Assembly (NCBI GenBank): GCA_035623825.1
Contig: DASPSR010000052.1
Span: forward strand, 1-64,000
Direction of reading: 5' to 3'
DNA from: Nitrospirota bacterium
GTDB lineage: Bacteria > Nitrospirota > UBA9217
DNA: 64,000 nt
Position 1 is the first letter of the stretch. The number at the start of each line of letters is the position of its first letter. Position numbers and translations under genes: made by a program. Under the pieces are notes generated by a model. It made no database searches. It worked only from the letters and a program-made list of their open reading frames with translations, and was not told the origin of the DNA. Below are positions 9,106 through 18,253 of this stretch, in pieces.

Positions 9106-11139
9106 GTGCAAAAAACGAAGAATTTTAAGTATTACCTTGCAGGTTTCATCGCCTTTATCACTTTTGCCGTTTATCTCGCCTCTCTTCAGAATGGTTTCAT
9201 TGCGGAATGGGACGACGGCGAATACGTACTGTACAATCCATACATCCGCTCGTTCAACCTGGCGTTTCTGAGGTGGGCATTCTTTGATTTTCACTCCAGC
9301 AACTGGCATCCCCTCACGTGGATATCTCACGCCATAGACTATGCCGTCTGGGGCGTGAACCCTCTCGGGCATCATCTGACCAGCGTCGTTATCCATGCTG
9401 TCAACACATTTTTGGTGGCCGTGCTCGTCATAAGGCTGCAGGAGATCGCAACTGGGACGAGACCGAGAGGCCAGGAAGCACTTGTTTTGGATGAGCCTAG
9501 AAAGCTTATCACAGCAGGAGTGGCTGCCTTGCTGTTCGGCCTTCATCCCGTGCATGTTGAATCAGTGGCCTGGATCGCTGAACGGAAAGACCTTCTCTGT
9601 GCCTTGTTCTTCCTGCTTAGTATCATCTGGTACGGGAAATACGTAACGGCGACTGGCGCTGAGTCGACCGACAATGCGGTCCGATCACGTTTTTACAGAA
9701 GAGAATATCTGCTTTCGTTCGGCTTTTTCGTTCTTGCCCTGATGAGCAAGCCGATGGCGGTAAGTCTCCCCGTGGTTCTGCTGATCCTCGATTGGTACCC
9801 GTTTCGCAGGTTGCGCTCCGTCAAAACGGCTTTGACCCTGCTTGTTGAGAAACTGCCTTTCATCATGTTCAGCCTCATCTCCTCTGCTCTAACGATTCTG
9901 GCCCAGCGGGCATGGGGGGCCCTCGTAGAGATACAAACGCTCCCCCTATCATCACGACTGCTGATCGCAGCCCAGGCGCTGCTCATGTATCTCTGGAAGA
10001 TGGCGGTGCCGCGGGATCTTGTCCCCTATTACCCATATCCCAAGGACATCTCCCTCATCTCCGTTGATTTTCTGCTTTCCATTGCCCTGGTCGTTGGGCT
10101 CACCGTATTCTGCATTATTATTGCCAAGAGGCATAAATTAGGATTGGCGGCCTGGAGTTATTATGTTGTTACCTTGCTGCCAGTGCTTGGCATCATGCAG
10201 GTGGGCAGTCAATCCATGGCGGACAGGTATACCTATTTGCCAAGTCTCGCGCCCTTCTTGATTGTCGCTGCGGGAGCGTCGTGGGGTTACGAGAAGGCCA
10301 TAATCCTCAGCCGTTCGAAGTCCATGGTCATGGCCCTCTTTCTCACTGCGGGAGTCGTGGCATTGGCTGGCCTGTCATTGTTGTCTATTCGGCAGATGCA
10401 TATCTGGGAAAACGGCCTTTCCTTATGGAGTTACGTAATCGAAAAGGAACCGGACAAGGCTTCCCTTGCTTACACGAATCTCGGCTCCGCCTATCAAAAA
10501 ATGGGTCAGCTCGATAGGGCTATGGAGAACTATGACAAGGCAATCACCTTGGACCCGAATGATTATCTGGCTTATACCAACCGTGGTGTCATCTTAGACA
10601 AAATGGGCGAATCCGACAGGGCACTTGAGAGCTATGGTAAAGCTGTGATATCGAATCCCGGCGACTACAAGGCTTATTTCAATCGAGGTTTGTTATACGA
10701 CAAAATGGGTAGAATCGCCGAGGCGATCGAGGACTTTGAAATGGCGTTGAGATTAAATATGATGGATCCCGGGACCGTGGCGTGGGCTCATAATAATCTG
10801 GGGATTCTCTATGGCAAGGCAGGGATGTACGACCGTTCAATAGCTGAATTCAATATCGCCATTGCGATTGACCCAAACAACCCGATCACGTTTAACAACC
10901 GTGGTTTTGCCTATGCCTATAACGGTCAGGACCGAAAGGCAATAGAGGATTTCACTAAGGCGATTATCCTGGACCAGAACTATGCGAGCGCTTATTTTCA
11001 ACGGGGTGATGCATACCTAAGAACAGGCAATAAGGAGCTGGCGATTGCAGATTTCCAAAAAGGGTGTGATTTGGGCGACATGTACGCATGTAGCGCATTG
11101 CAAGCCGCACGGATGATAAAGCCACAAAAGGGGAATTGA
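9106..11139 (+). CDS. TMTC-like GT-C protein O-glycosyltransferase with C-terminal TPRs (copy 1)
   Basis: WDD in first loop, WHPLTWISH, HPVHVESVAWIAERKD, SKP, ADRYTYLP, multiple TM helices and TPRs. GGAGG precedes GTG 9106. Confidence 0.85.
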   Translation: MQKTKNFKYYLAGFIAFITFAVYLASLQNGFIAEWDDGEYVLYNPYIRSFNLAFLRWAFFDFHSSNWHPLTWISHAIDYAVWGVNPLGHHLTSVVIHAVNTFLVAVLVIRLQEIATGTRPRGQEALVLDEPRKLITAGVAALLFGLHPVHVESVAWIAERKDLLCALFFLLSIIWYGKYVTATGAESTDNAVRSRFYRREYLLSFGFFVLALMSKPMAVSLPVVLLILDWYPFRRLRSVKTALTLLVEKLPFIMFSLISSALTILAQRAWGALVEIQTLPLSSRLLIAAQALLMYLWKMAVPRDLVPYYPYPKDISLISVDFLLSIALVVGLTVFCIIIAKRHKLGLAAWSYYVVTLLPVLGIMQVGSQSMADRYTYLPSLAPFLIVAAGASWGYEKAIILSRSKSMVMALFLTAGVVALAGLSLLSIRQMHIWENGLSLWSYVIEKEPDKASLAYTNLGSAYQKMGQLDRAMENYDKAITLDPNDYLAYTNRGVILDKMGESDRALESYGKAVISNPGDYKAYFNRGLLYDKMGRIAEAIEDFEMALRLNMMDPGTVAWAHNNLGILYGKAGMYDRSIAEFNIAIAIDPNNPITFNNRGFAYAYNGQDRKAIEDFTKAIILDQNYASAYFQRGDAYLRTGNKELAIADFQKGCDLGDMYACSALQAARMIKPQKGN

Positions 11140-11976
11140 GAATACATGCGAGTCCCTTACGATGGCGCCGTATACCGGGGTTTTGGAAGAGGGGTATTCA
11201 TTTCGATATAATTGATTTTCAGGGTCGGCATGACACGAGGGGGCGCTATCTGCTGGCGCGTGCGCGCCCTCTCTCTGAGTCAGTCAGGGGATCATTTTTC
11301 CCCGGGTTCTTTGGGAGCTGCCGGTGAGCATATCGAAAAACCTCAAATATTACCTTGCAGGCTCAGTCGCGATCGTCACCTTTGCGGTTTATCTCGCTTC
11401 TCTCCGGAATGATTTCGTCAATTGGGATGATCCTACCTATATCACCGAGAATCCGTATATTCGCTCCTTAAATCCCGCTTTTCTCAAGTTCGCCATCTTC
11501 GATTTTTACGCCGGCAACTGGCATCCCCTCACCTGGATATCTCATGCCGTAGACTACGCCATCTGGGGGGCAAATCCTCTTGGACATCATCTGACCAGCA
11601 GCATTCTCCACGCCGTCAACGCCTTTCTGGTGGTCGTGCTCATTATGAGGCTGCAAGAGATCACAAAAGGGATGGCGCTTTGCGGTCAGGGGTCGTCATC
11701 GCAGGATGAGCGCGGGATGCTTATAACGGCAGGAGTGACGGGATTGCTGTTCGGCCTGCATCCCGTGCATGTCGAATCGGTGGCATGGGTCGCAGAAAGG
11801 AAAGACCTTCTTTGTGCCCTGTTCTTCCTGCTTAGTATCATCTGGTACGGGAAATACGTAACGGCGACTGGCGCTGAGCCGACCGACAATGCGGTCCGAT
11901 CACGTTTTTACAGAAGGGAATATCTGCTTTCGTTCGGCTTTTTCGTTCTTGCCCTGATGAGCAAGCCGATGGCGGT
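9605..11976 (+). repeat. 157-bp near-identical direct repeat (9605-9761 and 11820-11976) inside the two TMTC-like paralogs
   Basis: Manual alignment gives 2 mismatches in 157 bp, while the flanks are clearly diverged. Confidence 0.9.
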
Positions 11977-13117
11977 GAGTCTTCCGGTAGTTCTGCTGAT
12001 CCTCGACTGGTATCCGTTTCGCAGGCTGCGTTCCGGCCCAACGGCAAGAACAGCACTCGCTGAGAAAATTCCCTTTTTCATGTTCACCCTGATATCCTCG
12101 GCCATTACCGTTCTTGCGCAGCGGGCAGGAGGGGCATTGGCGCCGATAGAAGTCATACCGCTATCCACTCGACTGCTTGCAGCGGTCAGGGCGGTAGTCA
12201 TCTATCTGGCGAAAATTGTCCTGCCCGTGGATTTACTCCCCTTTTATCAGTATCCGCGACATGTATCGTCGCTGACATTGGCGGGCTATTTCCTTGCAGT
12301 CGCAGCGGTTGCCGGGATCACGGTTCTGTGCGTGATCATTGCAAAAAAAAGGCGGTTATGGCCATCCATATGGGCTTACTATCTTGTCACGCTGCTTCCC
12401 GTGCTAGGCATTGTTCAAGTAGGCAGTCAATCCATGGCAGACAGATACCTTTATCTGCCCAGTATCGGTCCATTCCTTGCATTGGGCTTGATCGTTGAAC
12501 GGGTTTACAGGAAGCAGAAGGCCTTCGTACGTTGGAGACAGATGGTCGTTTTTGCCTGTTCAGTGCTGGCAGTTTTTATAGTCGTTTCCATGGTCTCCTT
12601 GACATTCAAACAGATAGCCACATGGAAGGACAGTTTTGCTCTCTGGGGTTCTGCCATTGAGAAGGAGCCTGAGGGGGGGGCGATGGCCTACTATGGCCTC
12701 GGTTCAGCTTACCAAAAGAATGGACTCATTGAAAAGGCGGCCGAAAACTTCGATAAGGCAATCTCATTGGATGAATCGTTTTATCAGGCTTATGATAATA
12801 AAGGCGTTATCTACGGCGACGTCGGGCAGTACGATAAAGCGCTGGAGTGTTTCAATAAGGCGATCGCAATTCGGCCAAACTATAGCGCTTATGGTAACAG
12901 AGGATTGACCTTTTTTTTCCTTGGCCTGTACGACAATGCCTTGGACGATCTTTCCCGCGCGATCGAATTGAACAAGAATTTCAGCGCGGCCTATTTTAAC
13001 CGGGGAAATGTTTACCTCAGAACGGGCAAGAGAGAGCTTGCTCTTAGAGACTTTCAGAAAGGATGTGCCCTCGGCGACAGAAGATCGTGTGGCGCGCTGC
13101 AAGCTTCGGGGCTATGA
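11324..13117 (+). CDS. TMTC-like GT-C protein O-glycosyltransferase with C-terminal TPRs (copy 2)
   Basis: Same motifs as copy 1 (NWDD, HPVHVESVAWVAERKD, ADRYLYLP) with fewer TPRs. Confidence 0.85.
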   Translation: MSISKNLKYYLAGSVAIVTFAVYLASLRNDFVNWDDPTYITENPYIRSLNPAFLKFAIFDFYAGNWHPLTWISHAVDYAIWGANPLGHHLTSSILHAVNAFLVVVLIMRLQEITKGMALCGQGSSSQDERGMLITAGVTGLLFGLHPVHVESVAWVAERKDLLCALFFLLSIIWYGKYVTATGAEPTDNAVRSRFYRREYLLSFGFFVLALMSKPMAVSLPVVLLILDWYPFRRLRSGPTARTALAEKIPFFMFTLISSAITVLAQRAGGALAPIEVIPLSTRLLAAVRAVVIYLAKIVLPVDLLPFYQYPRHVSSLTLAGYFLAVAAVAGITVLCVIIAKKRRLWPSIWAYYLVTLLPVLGIVQVGSQSMADRYLYLPSIGPFLALGLIVERVYRKQKAFVRWRQMVVFACSVLAVFIVVSMVSLTFKQIATWKDSFALWGSAIEKEPEGGAMAYYGLGSAYQKNGLIEKAAENFDKAISLDESFYQAYDNKGVIYGDVGQYDKALECFNKAIAIRPNYSAYGNRGLTFFFLGLYDNALDDLSRAIELNKNFSAAYFNRGNVYLRTGKRELALRDFQKGCALGDRRSCGALQASGL

Positions 13118-13304
13118 CAATGACGCCGTCCACATGAAATCAGCGAGAAAATAATTGTAGACTTTGACCTAAGATGCTGATAATATTTGCTGGGGACGTT
13201 CTCCTTCAAGTGTGCCGGTCTTCGATAAATCCATATTTCCGAAAGAGGCCTCTCCCCTCAATCCTCGGATTCCATTTCGACAGATACAATGCAGAGGGCA
13301 GACC

Positions 13305-14045
13305 TTGGTTAATGGTAAAAAAGTAGTTGTAGTTCTTCCCGCCTATAACGCTGCAAAGACATTGAAGATGACTTACGAAGAGATCCCCTTTGCATTTGTT
13401 GATGATGTTGTTCTTGTCGATGATGCAAGCTGGGATGGTACGCCCAAAGTAGCTCAAGAGCTTGGCATCAACGTGATTATCCATGAAAAGAACATCGGCT
13501 ACGGCGGGAATCAGAAGACTTGTTATAAAAAGGCACTGGAGCTGGGAGCCGACATTGTCATTATGCTGCATCCCGACTACCAATATACACCAAAGCTGAT
13601 ACCAACAATGGCCACCATGATAGCCTACGGTGAATTCGATGCTGTCCTGGCCTCGCGCATCCTGGGAATCGGCGCCTTGCGGGGTGGAATGCCGCTTTAT
13701 AAATACACTTCCAACCGTATCCTTACGCTTATTGAAAATCTCCTTCTCGGCCATAAGCTTTCTGAGTATCATACCGGGTATCGTGCTTTTTCCAGGGAGA
13801 TTTTGGAAAGGCTCCCGCTTGACATGAACTCGAACGATTTTATTTTTGACAACCAGATGCTGGCTCAGCTCATCTGGTTTGGATACCGGATAGGTGAGGT
13901 CAGCTGTCCCACCAAGTATTTCGAGGAAGCATCATCCATCAGTTTCTGGCGGAGTGTCATCTACGGATTTGGAGTGTTGAAAACGGCTTTGCAGTTCCGT
14001 CTTTGCAAATTGGGATTTTCAACCTGTTCCCTTTTCAGGGCGTGA
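13305..14045 (+). CDS. GT2 glycosyltransferase, DPM1-like (polyprenyl-phosphate sugar synthase-like)
   Basis: VVLPAYNA, LVDDAS, GYGGNQK, HPDYQY, SEYHTGYRAF. Probable TTG start at 13305. Confidence 0.85.
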   Translation: MVNGKKVVVVLPAYNAAKTLKMTYEEIPFAFVDDVVLVDDASWDGTPKVAQELGINVIIHEKNIGYGGNQKTCYKKALELGADIVIMLHPDYQYTPKLIPTMATMIAYGEFDAVLASRILGIGALRGGMPLYKYTSNRILTLIENLLLGHKLSEYHTGYRAFSREILERLPLDMNSNDFIFDNQMLAQLIWFGYRIGEVSCPTKYFEEASSISFWRSVIYGFGVLKTALQFRLCKLGFSTCSLFRA

Positions 14046-14243
14046 ATATATACAAATCACTCTCGCGGCACAGATGAGTTCGAAAACCCGCCCCAGCCAT
14101 GGATCCGATGTCCCTACTGTCCCTTTCCCTCTGACAGTGCATAATAAAGCGCGCTATTCGCGGGAGCATCTCGCATCAAATCCCTTTTTTTATTCTTGGA
14201 GGCAGCCTGCGAATTCTTCTTTTGCCGACGACGTCGGCTGGAT

Positions 14244-14435
14244 TCAGATGATCCGGGAGGGATTTTTATTGCCTTCTACGATGGAAGGAAATGAGTAAGA
14301 ATTCAGGATAAATTTTAGCAGCAGATGTCGTTCTTCAAGTGGCAGGTCAAGGTATAGATCGCTGTCCATAAGAATATTGACCAGCTCTTTTTGTTGCATG
14401 GAAAGGTTGTTTAATATGTTTTTTTTCATTGCCAC
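14244..14435 (-). CDS. Small hypothetical protein (~60 aa)
   Basis: ORF with AAGGTG upstream, just downstream of a sigma54-type promoter; amphipathic ELVNILMDSDLYLDLPLEER. Confidence 0.6.
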   Translation of the reverse strand: MAMKKNILNNLSMQQKELVNILMDSDLYLDLPLEERHLLLKFILNSYSFPSIVEGNKNPSRII

Positions 14436-14458
14436 ATTACACCTTTATATATTTTTTA

Positions 14459-14474
14459 TGCATTAAATATGCCA
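14459..14474 (-). promoter_or_regulatory. Sigma54 (-24/-12) promoter
   Basis: Minus strand TGGCATATTTAATGCA = GG-N10-GC; AT-rich upstream region. Confidence 0.65.
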
Positions 14475-14750
14475 TAGGCTATCTTATTAAATAAAATAGT
14501 GTTTTTGGCTGCAGGGACCATCATAGCAGACCATGACTTTTGACTTTATCACCAGCGGTATAGGTGAAATAACCAGTACTTAAATACTGATTGACAAAGG
14601 AAGTCCTTGCATAGAGTGATTCTCCTCGGCAGAACAGTTGACTGGGAGAGTCCGCCGTGATAGTATCCCTTCCGATTTTTTGAGTGGATATGCCGACATA
14701 ATGCGCAGGACAAAACATCCACGACGTTTGAGGAGGTACCAAGGTACGAT

Positions 14751-16436
14751 ATGGCACATGAACCGAACAAAGTGATCTATTCCATGGTGGGGGTTGGCAA
14801 GTTCTACGACAAGAAACCGGTTCTGAAGGATATATATCTTTCCTACTTCTACGGCGCGAAGATCGGAGTTCTCGGTCTCAATGGCTCCGGCAAGAGCTCG
14901 CTGCTCAGGATCATGGCCGGGATCGATAAGGAATTTGCAGGCGAGGCAGTTCTCTCTCCGGGGTATACAGTCGGATTTTTGGAGCAGGAGCCGAAACTCG
15001 ATCTTGACAAGACCGTGCGCCAGATTGTGGAAGAGGGCGTTCAACAGATTGTAGACCTCCTGAATGAGTTCAACAAAATCAACGAGAGTTTTGGGAAACC
15101 CATGTCAGACGATGAAATGACTGAGCTTATCGCGCGCCAGGGCGAAGTGCAGGAAAAGCTGGACCATGCGAACGCTTGGGACCTGGATTCCAGGCTTGAG
15201 ATGGCTATGGACGCCCTACGCTGCCCTCCCGGCGACACACCCGTTAGGGTACTGTCCGGGGGTGAGAGGCGGCGCGTGGCATTGTGCCGTTTGCTTCTCC
15301 TGAAGCCGGACATCCTGCTTCTTGACGAGCCGACGAATCATCTGGATGCTGAATCCGTCGCCTGGCTGGAGCACCATCTTCAGAAATATGAGGGCACGGT
15401 GATAGCAGTGACCCACGATCGCTATTTCCTCGATAACGTGGCAGGCTGGATACTCGAGCTTGACCGCGGCCAAGGCATCCCGTGGAAAGGGAACTACTCA
15501 TCATGGCTTGAGCAGAAGCAGGAGCGTCTAAGGCAGGAAGAGAAGGCAGAGAGCGAGCGCCAGAAAACACTCCAGCACGAGCTTGATTGGATCAGGATGT
15601 CTCCAAAGGGCAGGTATGCAAAAGCGAAGGCGCGGATCAGCTCTTACGAGGCACTGCTCGGCCAGCAAGGGGAGAAGCGCGCCAAGGAGCTCGAGATCTA
15701 CATCCCTCCCGGGCCGAGGCTCGGCAAGGTGGTGATTGAGGCAGAAAACGTGACCAAGGCTTACGGCGACAACATTCTTGTGGAGAACATGTCGTTCATG
15801 CTCCCGCCGGGCGGTATCGTGGGCGTGATCGGGCCAAACGGCGCGGGCAAAACCACGCTCTTCCGCATTATCGCAAGCCAGGAAAAGGCTGACAAAGGCG
15901 CGATCAGAATCGGAGAGACGGTAAAACTCGGTTACGTCGATCAGAGCAGGGATGTTCTGGATCCGAACAAGACCATCTGGCAAGCGATCACGGGCGGACA
16001 AGACCAAATTCAGCTCGGAAAACAGCTGGTGAACTCCCGAGCGTACGTGTCGCGATTTAACTTCTCGGGCACGGATCAGCAGAAGAAGGTGGGCATGCTC
16101 TCGGGCGGGGAGCGAAACCGCGTGCATCTGGCGCGCGTGCTCAAGGAAGGTGCAAACGTGCTGCTCCTGGACGAGCCTACGAACGACCTTGACGTGAACA
16201 CCATGCGGGCGCTCGAAGAAGCACTCGAGAACTTCGCCGGCTGCGCCGTTGTCATCAGCCACGACAGATGGTTCCTCGACCGCATCGCCACGCACATCCT
16301 CGCCTTTGAGGGAGAGAGCAGGGTGGTCTTCTTTGACGGGAACTATTCTGAGTATGAGGCTGACCGGAAAGCCAGGCTCGGCACCGAGGCAGATCAGCCT
16401 CATAGGATCAAGTACAGGCATTTGACGAGGTCATGA
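14751..16436 (+). CDS. ettA: Energy-dependent translational throttle ABC-F protein EttA
   Basis: Two ABC domains; GAKIGVLGLNGSGKS, GIPWKGNYSSWLEQK, C-terminal PHRIKYR. Confidence 0.95.
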   Translation: MAHEPNKVIYSMVGVGKFYDKKPVLKDIYLSYFYGAKIGVLGLNGSGKSSLLRIMAGIDKEFAGEAVLSPGYTVGFLEQEPKLDLDKTVRQIVEEGVQQIVDLLNEFNKINESFGKPMSDDEMTELIARQGEVQEKLDHANAWDLDSRLEMAMDALRCPPGDTPVRVLSGGERRRVALCRLLLLKPDILLLDEPTNHLDAESVAWLEHHLQKYEGTVIAVTHDRYFLDNVAGWILELDRGQGIPWKGNYSSWLEQKQERLRQEEKAESERQKTLQHELDWIRMSPKGRYAKAKARISSYEALLGQQGEKRAKELEIYIPPGPRLGKVVIEAENVTKAYGDNILVENMSFMLPPGGIVGVIGPNGAGKTTLFRIIASQEKADKGAIRIGETVKLGYVDQSRDVLDPNKTIWQAITGGQDQIQLGKQLVNSRAYVSRFNFSGTDQQKKVGMLSGGERNRVHLARVLKEGANVLLLDEPTNDLDVNTMRALEEALENFAGCAVVISHDRWFLDRIATHILAFEGESRVVFFDGNYSEYEADRKARLGTEADQPHRIKYRHLTRS

Positions 16437-16888
16437 TCGCCCAGAGCACCGCGGAGGATACTCTCTAAGGTATACGGCGATGAAACTGCGGGCATCCTCG
16501 ATGCCGGCGATCTTCAAGGTCTCTATGTTTTGGCACCTGTACGGCAATGAGGGGACCTCGGGGTTAACTTCCAAGGTGCACCGAGTCGGAGATCCGCACG
16601 TCGCTCTTCCTCAAAATCGGCTGGGGATAGCCCCAGGGATAAGAGGCGGCATGCTATTGAAGCGATGCAATTCCCGCGTGAGCATTGTCAAGAAAAAGGA
16701 CAACAGGGAAGTCGTTATTTTTTCGATTGACATAGTAGCGCGAGAAAGTGTACAAAAGAAGTTACACCCTTTGGCAAAAAGTGCCGGTTCCTTTGGACGG
16801 CGCAGGCTGGACAAGGAATTCGGCTCAATCGGAGACGCGGGCGGATTCCTCCCGGTTATGGGGCGGGACAGGGTGAAAGGGGAAGGCG

Positions 16889-17206
16889 ATGTCGGAGTTC
16901 AAGAATGTGACTGTTGTTCGGGAGGCGAACATCTATTTCGGCGGCAAGGTCACGAGCAGGACGGTCCTATTCGGTGACGGATCAAAAAAGACACTCGGTG
17001 TAATGCTCCCGGGAGAGTACGAGTTCGGCACCGGTGATAAAGAGATCATGGAGATCTTTTCAGGCGATCTCGACGTGCTTCTTCCGGGGGAAAAGGCATG
17101 GAAGACCGTCAAGGACGGTGAAGCTTTCGAAGTGGCTGCAAACTCGAAGTTCAGGCTGAAGGTGAGGAAGCTCACCGATTATTGCTGCTCGTTCGTCAAA
17201 CCCTGA
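16889..17206 (+). CDS. ppnP: Pyrimidine/purine nucleoside phosphorylase (DUF1255)
   Basis: [34 protein letters not shown]. Confidence 0.9.
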   Translation: MSEFKNVTVVREANIYFGGKVTSRTVLFGDGSKKTLGVMLPGEYEFGTGDKEIMEIFSGDLDVLLPGEKAWKTVKDGEAFEVAANSKFRLKVRKLTDYCCSFVKP

Positions 17207-17347
17207 CAAAGGCGGGGAATTCGGAAAACAGCAGGTATCATGGCTGGAGGCAAAAAGCAGGGCGGTGTGCGGGCCTTTACAATTCTAAAGGGTTGCCGCG
17301 CTCCCTTGGTCGCCAACCACGGCAATCTTATGAGACGGGAGGAGATA

Positions 17348-17878
17348 ATGAAGAAAATAGTTGTGTCGATTGTGCTGATTCTCATTGCGGCTGGTTGCAC
17401 CCAGCAGAAACAGGAGCAGAAGGGGCAAGGTGGCTTCCCGCAGGGCGCAGCGCAGATGGTCACTCCCGGCGATATAAAGCTCCTGGAAGAGAAGGCGAAG
17501 GCGAACCCGAAGAACGCCGACACCTGGGCAGCGCTCGGAAACGCGCTCTATGATTCCGCCAGGTTCAGCGAGGCCATCGACGCCTACCAGAAATCGCTCA
17601 ACATCGATCCGAAAAACGTCGATGTGCGGGTCGACATGGGCACCTGTTACAGAAACATCCACAAGCCGGAGCTCGCCCTCGAGGAATACCGCAAGGCGCT
17701 CAAATTAAACCCCAATCATCCCTATGCCCACAGGAATTCAGGCATTGTGCTCGCGTTTGATCTGAACGACAAGGCGCAGGGGATAAGCGAGTTTGAGAAA
17801 TACCTCGCAATTGCGCCGAATGATCCCTATGCCGGCCAGACCCGTCAACTGCTAGAACAATTAAAGACAGGGAAGTAG
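17348..17878 (+). CDS. TPR lipoprotein
   Basis: GGAGG then ATG 17348; lipobox IAAGC; TPR repeats. Confidence 0.8.
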   Translation: MKKIVVSIVLILIAAGCTQQKQEQKGQGGFPQGAAQMVTPGDIKLLEEKAKANPKNADTWAALGNALYDSARFSEAIDAYQKSLNIDPKNVDVRVDMGTCYRNIHKPELALEEYRKALKLNPNHPYAHRNSGIVLAFDLNDKAQGISEFEKYLAIAPNDPYAGQTRQLLEQLKTGK

Positions 17879-17891
17879 CACGTTTGATAAT

Positions 17892-17916
17892 AAGCCCCGG
17901 ATGATATCCGGGGCTT
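17892..17916. terminator. Hairpin / probable intrinsic terminator
   Basis: AAGCCCCGGAT-GAT-ATCCGGGGCTT, a perfect inverted repeat between convergent genes. Confidence 0.7.
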
Positions 17917-18253
17917 CCTGGGTACCGTCTTCTGCCATGTCCGCCTTCCCGCTCCTTCGCCGTTTCGCTTCCCTTTTACTCGTCACCATCTTTACCGTGT
18001 CAGATGCATAGGAGCACCGTCAATTCATATCCATCCGGCTGGTCATCCGGAATCTCCTAGCCGTGAAACGGATGGATTGCGGCTCCGCATGCATCACAGG
18101 GGAAGTCGCAGCTCGTGGTCCGTTAATGGCCGGTTCCCAGATGGTCCGGCGTCAGCAGATATTTTAAAGACGGCATGGCATGGGGGTGGTTGACGAGAAG
18201 TAGTCCTATGAACAGGCCGGGCGAATGAACGGCAGAGGGCGGTCTCCCGCATT

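Noticed and set aside
16480-16977. 165-aa ORF between ettA and ppnP
   Set aside because: Overlaps ppnP out of frame and spans its probable promoter; no protein-like features.
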